A program made the position numbers and the translations under genes. Positions 9,865 through 18,324 of a DNA stretch of 64,000 bases are shown in pieces (the first letter of the stretch is position 1; each line of letters starts with the position of its first letter). Below the pieces are notes generated by a model. That model was not told the origin of the DNA and ran no database searches. It saw only the letters and a list, made by a program, of their open reading frames with translations. This DNA is from a virus: the IMG/VR virus record IMGVR_UViG_3300023084_000004. One strand, written 5' to 3'.

Positions 9865-11058
9865 ATGAAACGTTTTAAAAGTTTTAACGAAGCACAAGTT
9901 GATGATATTTCTGTTGGTGTTAAAAAGAAATTACCTGCAGGAGTTCAAGGTGATCCAAACTTAAAGGGATTTGCATATAACGAAAAAGTAAAGTTTAAGT
10001 TTAAAGGTAAAAATCCTTTTAAAATAAACTTAGAAGAAGTTGAATTAGAAGAAGGTCGTGGTGATGTTCTCAAATCTTTACAATCTCTTGTTAAGCGCGG
10101 TGGATATGATAAAGAAGATTTTCAAAAAGCATATGACCTTTATAGATCAGCAAAATACAAAGATCTTAGAAAGCATATCTATGGTTTAGATACAGATCCT
10201 AGTGAAACATTAGCAGCAATTATTGCACAAGGTGATGTTAAAGCGTTTACGAGTATGTATCCAAGAGCAAAAGCCGGTGATTACTTAAGAAGCATTGTTA
10301 TTCAACATGGTGAAAGTGTTGAAAACACATTTGATTCTATCGTTGAAGATATGATGGTTGAAATTGAATTAGATGAAGCACTATCTCCTAAAGAGAAAGA
10401 AAAGCGTCTACTCATGATTAAGAAAGCTGTTGAAAAACTCAATAAAGCAAATATTGATAAGATTAAAAAACAAGCCATGAGAGACATGAAAGCATCTGGT
10501 ATGTTTGACGATGTTATCGACGAAAATATTAAGGGCGGTGTTGATTCTTACATGGCTTTACAAAAGGCAAAAGAAAAAGCTAAAAAGATGGGTAAAGTTT
10601 GGAATCAAATGGGTCAGAACGAAAAAGATAGATTTATTGATAAAGAAATGAAAGATGCTGGTTACGAGAAAAAACCTGGCAATCAAATGTATACAAAAAT
10701 ACCAACTGATAAAGAAAAAGAATTTGCCGCTAAAGTAAGAGATGCTGATAAATCAGTAAATAAGATGTCCGATGATGACAAGGTAGCTTATTATAGTAAA
10801 AACACAAGTCTTTCTACAGCTGGTAAAGATATTTCTGCTCAAGGTAAGATTAAGATTGAAATAGCAAGACTAGAAAAACAAATGGATTCGATAGAGAAGC
10901 TCGCTCAAGAAGCCGATCGAAAAGCTGCTGCAGCTGAAGAAAAAGGTGACGATACAGCATTCGAAAAATTTCAAGATGAAGGAGAATATCATCTTGAAAG
11001 AGCTATGAAAATACAAAGTAAAATAGACGATTTAAAAGACGAATTAAAGAACAAATAA
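9865..11058 (+). CDS. Hypothetical modular protein, probable internal head protein
   Basis: MKRFKSFNEA; LEE-G and LDE-A motifs; coiled-coil C-terminus. Confidence 0.7.
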   Translation: MKRFKSFNEAQVDDISVGVKKKLPAGVQGDPNLKGFAYNEKVKFKFKGKNPFKINLEEVELEEGRGDVLKSLQSLVKRGGYDKEDFQKAYDLYRSAKYKDLRKHIYGLDTDPSETLAAIIAQGDVKAFTSMYPRAKAGDYLRSIVIQHGESVENTFDSIVEDMMVEIELDEALSPKEKEKRLLMIKKAVEKLNKANIDKIKKQAMRDMKASGMFDDVIDENIKGGVDSYMALQKAKEKAKKMGKVWNQMGQNEKDRFIDKEMKDAGYEKKPGNQMYTKIPTDKEKEFAAKVRDADKSVNKMSDDDKVAYYSKNTSLSTAGKDISAQGKIKIEIARLEKQMDSIEKLAQEADRKAAAAEEKGDDTAFEKFQDEGEYHLERAMKIQSKIDDLKDELKNK

Positions 11059-11062
11059 GACG

Positions 11063-11443
11063 ATGAAAGGATTTCGCGAGTTTATCAACGAATCAAACTT
11101 TGGCTTATATGAAGGAGTTACAGTTCCTTTAGAACAACCAATGATTGAATTTGAAGAAGAACAAGAGCCAGAATTAAATAAACCAAAACGTAGTTCTGGT
11201 AAAAAGAAATACGTTGTTTATGTAAGAGATCCTCAAACAGGTAATGTTAAAAAGATTAATTTTGGTGATGAAAAAGGCGGATTAACTGCAAAGATTAATG
11301 ATAGAGATGCCGCACGGTCTTTTGCAGCTCGTCATAATTGTGATACAAAAACAGATAAAATGAGTGCAGGTTATTGGGCATGTCGTTTACCAAGATATGC
11401 TAAATCACTTGGACTTAAAGGTGGCGGCAGTTACTGGTGGTAA
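11063..11443 (+). CDS. Conserved T4-like-phage protein with capsid-targeting-like N-terminus
   Basis: MKGFREFINE; KKINFGD...ARSFAARHNC...SAGYWAC motif. Confidence 0.75.
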   Translation: MKGFREFINESNFGLYEGVTVPLEQPMIEFEEEQEPELNKPKRSSGKKKYVVYVRDPQTGNVKKINFGDEKGGLTAKINDRDAARSFAARHNCDTKTDKMSAGYWACRLPRYAKSLGLKGGGSYWW

Positions 11444-11826
11444 TTATGAAAAATATTTTAATAGGATTATTTGCAGTATTAGCAGTAGGATGTTCATCTA
11501 TTGGTAAATTTGTACCAAGTGAATTTGATAATGTTGAATATGGCAAATTAGTAGAGCTCAATGTAATATCATTATCTCATGGTTCAACAGAAGAGTGGTG
11601 TAAAAGTTCAATGATTAGCCAAATGAATTATAGAGCTGAATATTTACACACTTATGCAAAGCATAGATTAAACGATAATATTGTAGAAATATATAAAGGT
11701 ATACACGATCTTACACTAGAATTAAAAGAAAAAGAAAATCCTAGTGAAGCATATTGCAAAATTAAAAGAACTAATATACACAACGTGACTAATAACGTAT
11801 TAAGTGTTTTTGGAGATAGGAAATGA
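11443..11826 (+). CDS. Putative lipoprotein
   Basis: MKNILIGLFAVLAVGC lipobox-like signal (track start 11437). Confidence 0.6.
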   Translation: MMKNILIGLFAVLAVGCSSIGKFVPSEFDNVEYGKLVELNVISLSHGSTEEWCKSSMISQMNYRAEYLHTYAKHRLNDNIVEIYKGIHDLTLELKEKENPSEAYCKIKRTNIHNVTNNVLSVFGDRK

Positions 11827-12041
11827 GCTTAGATAATTGGCAAGCACAAACAGAACAAAAAGTAATAGAATATAAAAGTCTATTAGAAGATGGCGATTTA
11901 ACTCAAGCAGAATACGAAGAATTAGTACAAGACTTGCTTGATATATCAAAAATTGAAGCTGATCTTGAATTAGAAGAAAATAAAATTTTGGCTGGAAAAA
12001 TAATTGATGGAATTAAGCTTTTAGCAGGCTTAATTAAGTAA
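11823..12041 (+). CDS. Hypothetical protein
   Basis: 72-aa ORF overlapping the previous stop. Confidence 0.65.
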   Translation: MSLDNWQAQTEQKVIEYKSLLEDGDLTQAEYEELVQDLLDISKIEADLELEENKILAGKIIDGIKLLAGLIK

Positions 12042-12048
12042 AGTAAAT

Positions 12049-12306
12049 ATGAATCCTTATCTTGACGTTAATGATCGTCGAGTATTTTTTGCTAATAGAC
12101 CAAACGAAGAATTTGTTTGGCATAGAGACGATGAAACAAGAGAAATAGAAATTCTCGAAGGTGATGGTTGGCAATTTCAATGGGAAGGTGCTTTACCTTG
12201 GCTTTTAAAACCAGGTATGAAATTTACTATAAAAGAAAATGAATACCACAGAATCATTAAAGGAGTTAATGATTTAATAATTAAAATAACTCCAAAAGAT
12301 AAATAG
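12049..12306 (+). CDS. Small cupin-like protein
   Basis: WHRD...E...G-x-GW and YHRIIKG resemble the two cupin metal motifs. Confidence 0.55.
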   Translation: MNPYLDVNDRRVFFANRPNEEFVWHRDDETREIEILEGDGWQFQWEGALPWLLKPGMKFTIKENEYHRIIKGVNDLIIKITPKDK

Positions 12307-12336
12307 TTTAATAATAATTTTATAAGGGAGACTGAA

Positions 12337-12978
12337 ATGTCATTTAAAGAAAAAATTGATATGGTAATGGAGGCGGCAATTCGCAAACCATTAGTTGAAG
12401 CTAATTTAAAAGTTAGCCACTTCACTGGTAAAATCGCAGATAAGAAAGGTTTTACTATGAAAAAGATTGGGAGTTCTAATCCTGGCGCTGTGGTAATGTT
12501 ACAAGGTGATGAAAAAGCTATTGTTGCTTATGCTAAAAAATATTTAGGTGCAGACGATGATGCTGAAACAGTTAGTGATGTTCAAGATGATGTATATCAT
12601 CCTCAAGCAGGTATTATATTATACAAAGACCAAAAGGATGAAGCTAAGAAAATGGACCCAGTCGGTCAAGCTGATGCAGATATCGACAATGATGGTGATG
12701 TAGATGATTCAGATGAGTATCTTAAAAAAAGAAGAGCTGCAATTAGTAAAGCAATGAAAAAAGAAGGCTATGAAAGTGTTGATGATACAGTCATTGCTAA
12801 AGAAATGAAAAAGCTTCATGCAAGTAATTGTTCAAAGGATGAAATGTATAAGCAACTTAATGCACAATACGGATGTTCTAAAGAAAAATTTGAACAGCTT
12901 TATGCATCTAATTGTATGGGCGAATCACTCACTGCAGAGAGACTTAAGACTAGAGCTCTTAGCAAAAGCTTTAAATAA
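12337..12978 (+). CDS. Hypothetical protein with EF-hand-like DxDxDG loop
   Basis: DADIDNDGDVDDSDEYLKKRR; GATAAATA late-type motif at 12298-12305. Confidence 0.7.
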   Translation: MSFKEKIDMVMEAAIRKPLVEANLKVSHFTGKIADKKGFTMKKIGSSNPGAVVMLQGDEKAIVAYAKKYLGADDDAETVSDVQDDVYHPQAGIILYKDQKDEAKKMDPVGQADADIDNDGDVDDSDEYLKKRRAAISKAMKKEGYESVDDTVIAKEMKKLHASNCSKDEMYKQLNAQYGCSKEKFEQLYASNCMGESLTAERLKTRALSKSFK

Positions 12979-13019
12979 AATTAATATATAATTAATTAGT
13001 AAAAAATATGGGAGATATT

Positions 13020-13256
13020 ATGAAAAAACTAATTGAATGGCTAAAATCTTTTTTTGGTGTTAAAACCGAAGAAGTAAAACCTACTCCAAAAAAGAGAGTA
13101 GTAAAAAAGGCTGCTAAAGCCGATGGAAAAGTTACATGCGATTTCGGCAAGTTAACAAAAGCACAATTGCTTAAAGAAGCAAAACACAGAGGTGTTAAAG
13201 TTAAATCAGGTGCTTTAAAGGCTGAAATTCTAGAACAATTAAATCAATTGAAATAA
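13020..13256 (+). CDS. Small basic protein with C-terminal HeH/SAP/Rho-N-like helix-extension-helix
   Basis: LTKAQLLKEAKHRGV...LKAEILEQL; GGAG RBS before ATG 13020. Confidence 0.55.
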   Translation: MKKLIEWLKSFFGVKTEEVKPTPKKRVVKKAAKADGKVTCDFGKLTKAQLLKEAKHRGVKVKSGALKAEILEQLNQLK

Positions 13257-13298
13257 TTTTTGTTATAATTTAACGTTAAATTAAACAGGAGAAATAAC

Positions 13299-13601
13299 AT
13301 GGCACTATGGGGAAAAACAGACGCTCCAGCTAGCGTACCTAAGTGGCTCGAGGACGATGCTAATAACACTAATAAGTCCAATGATAAAGACAACGCAGTA
13401 TTCGTTGACTTAACAGAGGCAGGTGTTGCATCTAACAGAGCTAAAGGTCTCACTGGTCCAGGTTGGTGGTTATACCACACTTCAAATGGAAGACACTTTG
13501 CAGAATGCTTGGTACCTATGAAGGTATCACAATCAGATGCAGGTGACTTGGGTGTTACTGGTAACACAGCAGTTGAAGATACAATCGTAGCCGACAGTTA
13601 A
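13299..13601 (+). CDS. Hypothetical protein
   Basis: Strong RBS (AGGAG); 100 aa. Confidence 0.75.
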   Translation: MALWGKTDAPASVPKWLEDDANNTNKSNDKDNAVFVDLTEAGVASNRAKGLTGPGWWLYHTSNGRHFAECLVPMKVSQSDAGDLGVTGNTAVEDTIVADS

Positions 13602-13632
13602 TAATAATTAACAACATAAACCTTTTTTCATT

Positions 13633-14007
13633 ATGAAGTTAACAGAATCAACCTTTCTGCTATATGCAATGAAGCATTACGACAACCCTCAGTGTACTGA
13701 GATGTCAGAATTTGAAGAAGATATGAAGAGGTTTCAATACCTCAGAAAATTATTCGGAAGATATAGATCAGACGGTGAACTTAAAGAAAGGTTGATATTA
13801 AACCATCTCATTGTATTATACAATGTGTTTGGTCCAATTGGAACTAATATGTTGTTTATGCGGTTACACGAGTTTCATGAATATTTAAAGCCTTTTGTGG
13901 AATATTTAAATTTCATGCCTCAAGTAATCATATATGACGACATTAGTATTAATTCTGATAGTATAATTTCAGATGAATTAATTACACAAAGGTTAAAGGA
14001 AATCTAA
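13633..14007 (+). CDS. Conserved T4-like-phage hypothetical protein
   Basis: YAMKHYDNPQC...FEEDMKRFQYL...ERLILNHLIVLYNVFG pattern recalled from marine T4-like phages. Confidence 0.75.
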   Translation: MKLTESTFLLYAMKHYDNPQCTEMSEFEEDMKRFQYLRKLFGRYRSDGELKERLILNHLIVLYNVFGPIGTNMLFMRLHEFHEYLKPFVEYLNFMPQVIIYDDISINSDSIISDELITQRLKEI

Positions 14008-14678
14008 TGGTAGTAGATTTATTTTTAGTTTTCAGTTTTATTAAAAGGCTTGTAAAGCCGTTTAAAAACTGGCCAGCTTATAAATTAGGAATCATAGACG
14101 GAAAAGGTAATATCCTTATTCGTCGTAGAGATTTTACTAAGGCTGAGCAGCGCAAAGCTTTTGGTATATTTGACCAACTAATTTTAAATCTTAAAAAGCT
14201 ATTAGCTAAATTACCAGGTGGTTCTACTAGACTTGCTACTTATGCTGCAGCTCTATGGTTAATTAAAGAATCAGAAAATTATAGAAATCAAAATGGTGTC
14301 TTATTAGAAGACGTTGATTTATCTGAAGATTTTCATAATTCTTTCTTAGACCGCTTCGTTGAAGAGTATGGAGATATACTCGCAAATGAAGAAATTAAAT
14401 TAGAAGAAGCTAAAAAGAAAGTTTCTCCTAAAGATAGAAAAGAACTCAGTAAATTGCTTATCGATTATAAAGTTCAAGGTAAGACAGGCACTGAAATACG
14501 AACAGCTGTAGAAGATTGGCTTAGACAAAAAGGTTATATGGACGAAGAACCAACTGTTAATGTTGGTGGTGGTGCTATTGCAGGATTAGGAGTTGGAGCA
14601 CAAGGTGAACCTGGCGTATCTAAGAAATCTCAAGGTAAATATAAAAAGAAAAATTTTATTGACTTTATGTCAAGATAG
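14007..14678 (+). CDS. Conserved T4-like-phage hypothetical protein
   Basis: FIKRLVKPF..WPAYKLGIID.KGN N-terminus; NVGGGAIAGLG tail. Confidence 0.75.
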   Translation: MVVDLFLVFSFIKRLVKPFKNWPAYKLGIIDGKGNILIRRRDFTKAEQRKAFGIFDQLILNLKKLLAKLPGGSTRLATYAAALWLIKESENYRNQNGVLLEDVDLSEDFHNSFLDRFVEEYGDILANEEIKLEEAKKKVSPKDRKELSKLLIDYKVQGKTGTEIRTAVEDWLRQKGYMDEEPTVNVGGGAIAGLGVGAQGEPGVSKKSQGKYKKKNFIDFMSR

Positions 14679-14688
14679 AGGTAAAACA

Positions 14689-15144
14689 ATGCAACAACAG
14701 AATAAAGACAATGTATTTGAACAATTAAAAATCGATGAGGGAGTAGTAAATGAAATCTATCTCGACCATCTCGGCTTACCTACCTTTGGAGTCGGTCACC
14801 TTATCCTCGAAAGTGATGAGGAATTCGGAAAACCAGTTGGTACAAGTGTTGACGAAGAAAGAGTCAGGACGTGTTTCGACAGAGATCTTGAAACTGCCAT
14901 CGGAGAATGTCACGCTCTATACGGAGAAGGGGAATTTGGAGATTTCCCAGGAGAGGTCCAAGAGATCGTGGTTAATATGATGTTCAACATGGGTCGTACT
15001 CGTTTGAGTGGATTTAAAAAGTTTAATGCTGCTGTATTAGAAGGTGATTGGAAAACTGCTGCAGTTGAAGGTAGAGATTCTAAATGGTATCGTCAAGTGA
15101 CAAACAGAGCAGAGCGCCTGATGTCACGAATGGAAGAAGTTTAA
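14689..15144 (+). CDS. Endolysin, T4-lysozyme (GH24) family
   Basis: EQLKIDEG..IYLDHLGLPTFGVGH catalytic E-D-T; NMMFNMG; S.WYRQVTNRA; start moved from 14593 to ATG 14689 (GAGG RBS). Confidence 0.9.
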   Translation: MQQQNKDNVFEQLKIDEGVVNEIYLDHLGLPTFGVGHLILESDEEFGKPVGTSVDEERVRTCFDRDLETAIGECHALYGEGEFGDFPGEVQEIVVNMMFNMGRTRLSGFKKFNAAVLEGDWKTAAVEGRDSKWYRQVTNRAERLMSRMEEV

Positions 15145-15178
15145 TAAATAAAAAAGATAATCTGTTAAAGGAATTAAA

Positions 15179-15787
15179 GTGTCATTGCATAAAATAATTC
15201 AACACGCGATTGATAACGATCCGTTAAAAATGAAAGAAGCATTCGATGAAGAAATGACTTCGCGTTTACGTGTTGCATTAGAAAATGCATATAATAGTAT
15301 TAATGAAGCAGAAGTCGAAGATGATGAAGAACCAGTAGATGATATGGAAGAGCCATTGGACATGGAACCAGAAATGGAAATGAGACAAGTGGCAATTCAA
15401 GTATCTGGTGCTAAAGATCTTAAAAAGATATTAGAAGCTTCAAATGAAAAAGGTAAAGTATCTTTAAGTGAAATGTTAGGTTTTGATTCTGGCGATGAAG
15501 ACCCTGAATATAAAGGTACAGATGCTGTTGTATATCCATCTTCACTTATAGATGAGGAAGGCTTAGAAGAAATTCAACAAAAATGTCAGTACCAAACTAA
15601 ATTATCAGAATTCACCGCAAAACGTATTGCGATACATTTAAAAACTGGTGGAAAAGTCTCTAACTGGAATCCAGATCAAGACAACGATAAAGAGATTGGG
15701 TTTGACGAATTATATTATAACGCTTTATTAACAAATACAGTTGAACCTAATGAATCAGGTTTTATATACAGAGCTAAGTTAATTTAA
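15179..15787 (+). CDS. gp67-like N-terminal domain fused to an extra domain
   Basis: First ~40 aa paralogous to the adjacent 15803 ORF. Confidence 0.55.
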   Translation: MSLHKIIQHAIDNDPLKMKEAFDEEMTSRLRVALENAYNSINEAEVEDDEEPVDDMEEPLDMEPEMEMRQVAIQVSGAKDLKKILEASNEKGKVSLSEMLGFDSGDEDPEYKGTDAVVYPSSLIDEEGLEEIQQKCQYQTKLSEFTAKRIAIHLKTGGKVSNWNPDQDNDKEIGFDELYYNALLTNTVEPNESGFIYRAKLI

Positions 15788-15802
15788 ATAGGAGAAATAG
15801 AA

Positions 15803-16069
15803 ATGTCTATTGAAAAAATAATTGCCGAAGCAATTGATAATAATCCTCTTAAAATGAAAGAGGCTTTTGAAGAAGAGATGAATGCTAGAATTCGTGCCTC
15901 TTTAGAAGAAAAATATAATGAAATGGCTGAAGGTAAAGTCAAAGAAGAAGACGAAGACGAAGACGAAGAAGATGAGTCTGATGAAGACGAATCTGATGAG
16001 GAAGAAGTCGAGTCTGACGACGAAGACGAAGACGAAGACGAGAAAGAAGAGTCTAAATCTAAAAAATAA
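15803..16069 (+). CDS. gp67: Prohead core protein gp67-like
   Basis: Short helical N-terminus (IAEAIDNN..MKEAFEEEMNARI) plus poly-D/E tail, the T4 gp67 architecture. Confidence 0.6.
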   Translation: MSIEKIIAEAIDNNPLKMKEAFEEEMNARIRASLEEKYNEMAEGKVKEEDEDEDEEDESDEDESDEEEVESDDEDEDEDEKEESKSKK

Positions 16070-16098
16070 CACTGCATTCTTATGCAAAGGAATAATCA

Positions 16099-16482
16099 GT
16101 GTTTAATCAGATATTTTTAACGTTGATTCTCGTGCTTGGTGGCGCGAGTTATTGGCTATGGAATGAAAATCAGACATTAAAAGAAAATAATGTCAAATTA
16201 GAATATGCGATTGAAGAGCAAGCTGCTGCATTCAACGCAATGAAAGAATCGTATGAGAAACAAGGTGAAGCATTAAATAACCTTTCTCGTGCGAACGCTG
16301 CTATTGAAGCAGAAAAAGATCGTTATCTAGATATTTTCAGAAGACACAATCTCGATAGGCTCGCTCTTATGAGGCCGGGCCTTATTGAGACGCGTATTAA
16401 TAATGGTACTAAAGCAGCATTTGAGGAGATTGAGAATGATACTAAAGCTATTAGCGAGCTCTCTAGCACTTCTTCTGATTAG
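16099..16482 (+). CDS. Putative inner-membrane spanin (Rz-like)
   Basis: N-terminal TM helix plus coiled coil; overlaps a downstream lipoprotein; near the endolysin. Confidence 0.65.
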   Translation: MFNQIFLTLILVLGGASYWLWNENQTLKENNVKLEYAIEEQAAAFNAMKESYEKQGEALNNLSRANAAIEAEKDRYLDIFRRHNLDRLALMRPGLIETRINNGTKAAFEEIENDTKAISELSSTSSD

Positions 16483-16975
16483 TGGATGTTCAATTCTTGG
16501 TTTAGGTACCAAAGAAGTTGAAATTGTAACTAAGCCAGTTCGTATAGAAATCATCCAACCTACATTACCAAGACCTATAAATTTAGAAGAACCTAAATGG
16601 TATGTAGTATCTGAAGCAGTTATAGCAAACCCATGTAAACAAATTCCAAGACTTGATGATCAGGGCAATCCTGTATTAAATGATGATGGAACTCCGCAAA
16701 CAACACGACCTAAAACGTGTGCATTAGAAGATAGAGATAATCCAGAGTGGCCAGAAGGATATACCTATTTAGATAGATTCATGGAAGATATCAAAGCCGC
16801 TAATGGTGGAGACGTCCTCTTTGTAGCCACTACAATTAAAGATTATGAGTTAATGTCAGCCAACATTCAAGAGCTCCGTAGGTACATCAGAGAGCTCGGA
16901 GAGGTGGTTGTGTACTATAGGAACGTTACAATTAATGACGAACCTGGTGCTGGTTTAGCTATAGAAAAAGATTAA
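16436..16975 (+). CDS. Putative outer-membrane spanin lipoprotein (Rz1-like)
   Basis: MILKLLASSLALLLISGC lipobox; Pro-rich; GAGGAG RBS before ATG 16436. Confidence 0.65.
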   Translation: MILKLLASSLALLLISGCSILGLGTKEVEIVTKPVRIEIIQPTLPRPINLEEPKWYVVSEAVIANPCKQIPRLDDQGNPVLNDDGTPQTTRPKTCALEDRDNPEWPEGYTYLDRFMEDIKAANGGDVLFVATTIKDYELMSANIQELRRYIRELGEVVVYYRNVTINDEPGAGLAIEKD

Positions 16976-17074
16976 AAAAACTTATAATATAATTCTTAAT
17001 AGAAGCCCATTTTCAAATAAATACAATTGTCAACATAATGCACTAAGTGATAATTTTTTTAGCTTGGAGGCACG

Positions 17075-17605
17075 ATGTCAGACGACACCGTTTCACATAT
17101 CAAAACAGACATAGCTCTTATAAAAAACGACCTCAAACAAATTGAAAGATTTTTTGATAAGGTTGATTCTGTTGTAGATGAAATCACTGCTTTATCGAAA
17201 GGCATGGCTGTACAACAGCAAATTATTGAGAGGTTTGATCAGAAACTCGATTACTTAGAAGAAAAAATCGACACTCAGTCACGCATCAATGTTGAGACTA
17301 AATTTGCTTTAAAAGAAGAACTTGACGATCACAAGCAGAACTTTAGAAGGGATATGCTTAAAGCTATGGAAGACGCAAGAAATAAACACTCCGAAGTCAA
17401 CGAGCGTAGCCGTGAATGGCATGAAGATAGACACAAAGAAACAATACGACTTATTGAAAATATTGCAAAAGATTTACAAGATAAGATTGATAACCAAGAA
17501 GTTCGTATAAGAGGAATTGAAAACCTTAAATGGTGGTTGATTGGTGCAATCGCAGTAGCCACATTTGTAGTGCAATTCTTAGATATCTCATTATTTCATA
17601 AATAA
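17075..17605 (+). CDS. Coiled-coil protein with a single C-terminal TM helix (XhlA/holin-like candidate)
   Basis: LKWWLIGAIAVATFVVQFL at C-terminus; follows the lysis genes. Confidence 0.5.
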   Translation: MSDDTVSHIKTDIALIKNDLKQIERFFDKVDSVVDEITALSKGMAVQQQIIERFDQKLDYLEEKIDTQSRINVETKFALKEELDDHKQNFRRDMLKAMEDARNKHSEVNERSREWHEDRHKETIRLIENIAKDLQDKIDNQEVRIRGIENLKWWLIGAIAVATFVVQFLDISLFHK

Positions 17606-17643
17606 CAGTTGACATTTCACATAAACTAGTATATAATAACAAT

Positions 17644-18261
17644 ATGATTAGGTTCCAAGAATATCTAGAAGAAAAAAAAGGTTCAAAAGGATTGACAATT
17701 TTTGATATTGATGATACAATGTTTATATCAAAAGCTAGTGTATTAGTACGTGATACTAAAACAAATAAGATTGTAAAATCTCTTACCCCTAAAACTTTTA
17801 ATAGTTATAAATTAAAAAAGGGTGAAGAGTATGATTATTCAGAATTTAAATCATCTAAATTGTTTTTTCAAACAGCAACACCCATTGGTAAAATTATAGC
17901 CAAAGCTAAAGCAATAATAAAGAATGCAGTAAAATCTGGTAGTAAAGTTATTATTGTAACAGCTCGTTCTGATATGGACGATAGAGATCTTTTTCTTAAA
18001 ACGTTTCAATCGCATGGTATAGACATTAAAAATGTTCATATCCATAGAGCTGGTAATCTTGGTAGTGGTTCTTCAGCTGAAAACAAAAAAGTCATATTCC
18101 GTAATTTTTTAAAGACTGGTGAATATGGTAGAATAAGACTATTTGATGATCATCTTGAAAATTTAAAAGCTCTCCTCGACCTTAAAAAAGACTTTCCAGA
18201 AGTCGATTTCTTTGCTTATAAGGTTGATCCAAAATCTGGTCGTACACAAACCGTTAAATAA
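17644..18261 (+). CDS. HAD-superfamily phosphatase (PNKP phosphatase-like)
   Basis: IFDIDDT motif I, IVTAR motif II, LFDD motif IV. Confidence 0.8.
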   Translation: MIRFQEYLEEKKGSKGLTIFDIDDTMFISKASVLVRDTKTNKIVKSLTPKTFNSYKLKKGEEYDYSEFKSSKLFFQTATPIGKIIAKAKAIIKNAVKSGSKVIIVTARSDMDDRDLFLKTFQSHGIDIKNVHIHRAGNLGSGSSAENKKVIFRNFLKTGEYGRIRLFDDHLENLKALLDLKKDFPEVDFFAYKVDPKSGRTQTVK

Positions 18262-18264
18262 TAG

Positions 18265-18293
18265 TTGACATCTATACCAACCTATGGTATAAT
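18265..18293 (+). promoter_or_regulatory. sigma70-type promoter for the primase-thyX-nrd operon
   Basis: TTGACA-17-TATAAT. Confidence 0.75.
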
Positions 18294-18324
18294 ATCTCAA
18301 CTATACTACAGATAGATTTATATT

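Noticed and set aside
15945-16045. GAAGAC/GACGAA tandem repeats
   Set aside because: They encode the poly-D/E tail of the gp67-like protein; no repeat-spacer structure, so not CRISPR or a contingency locus.
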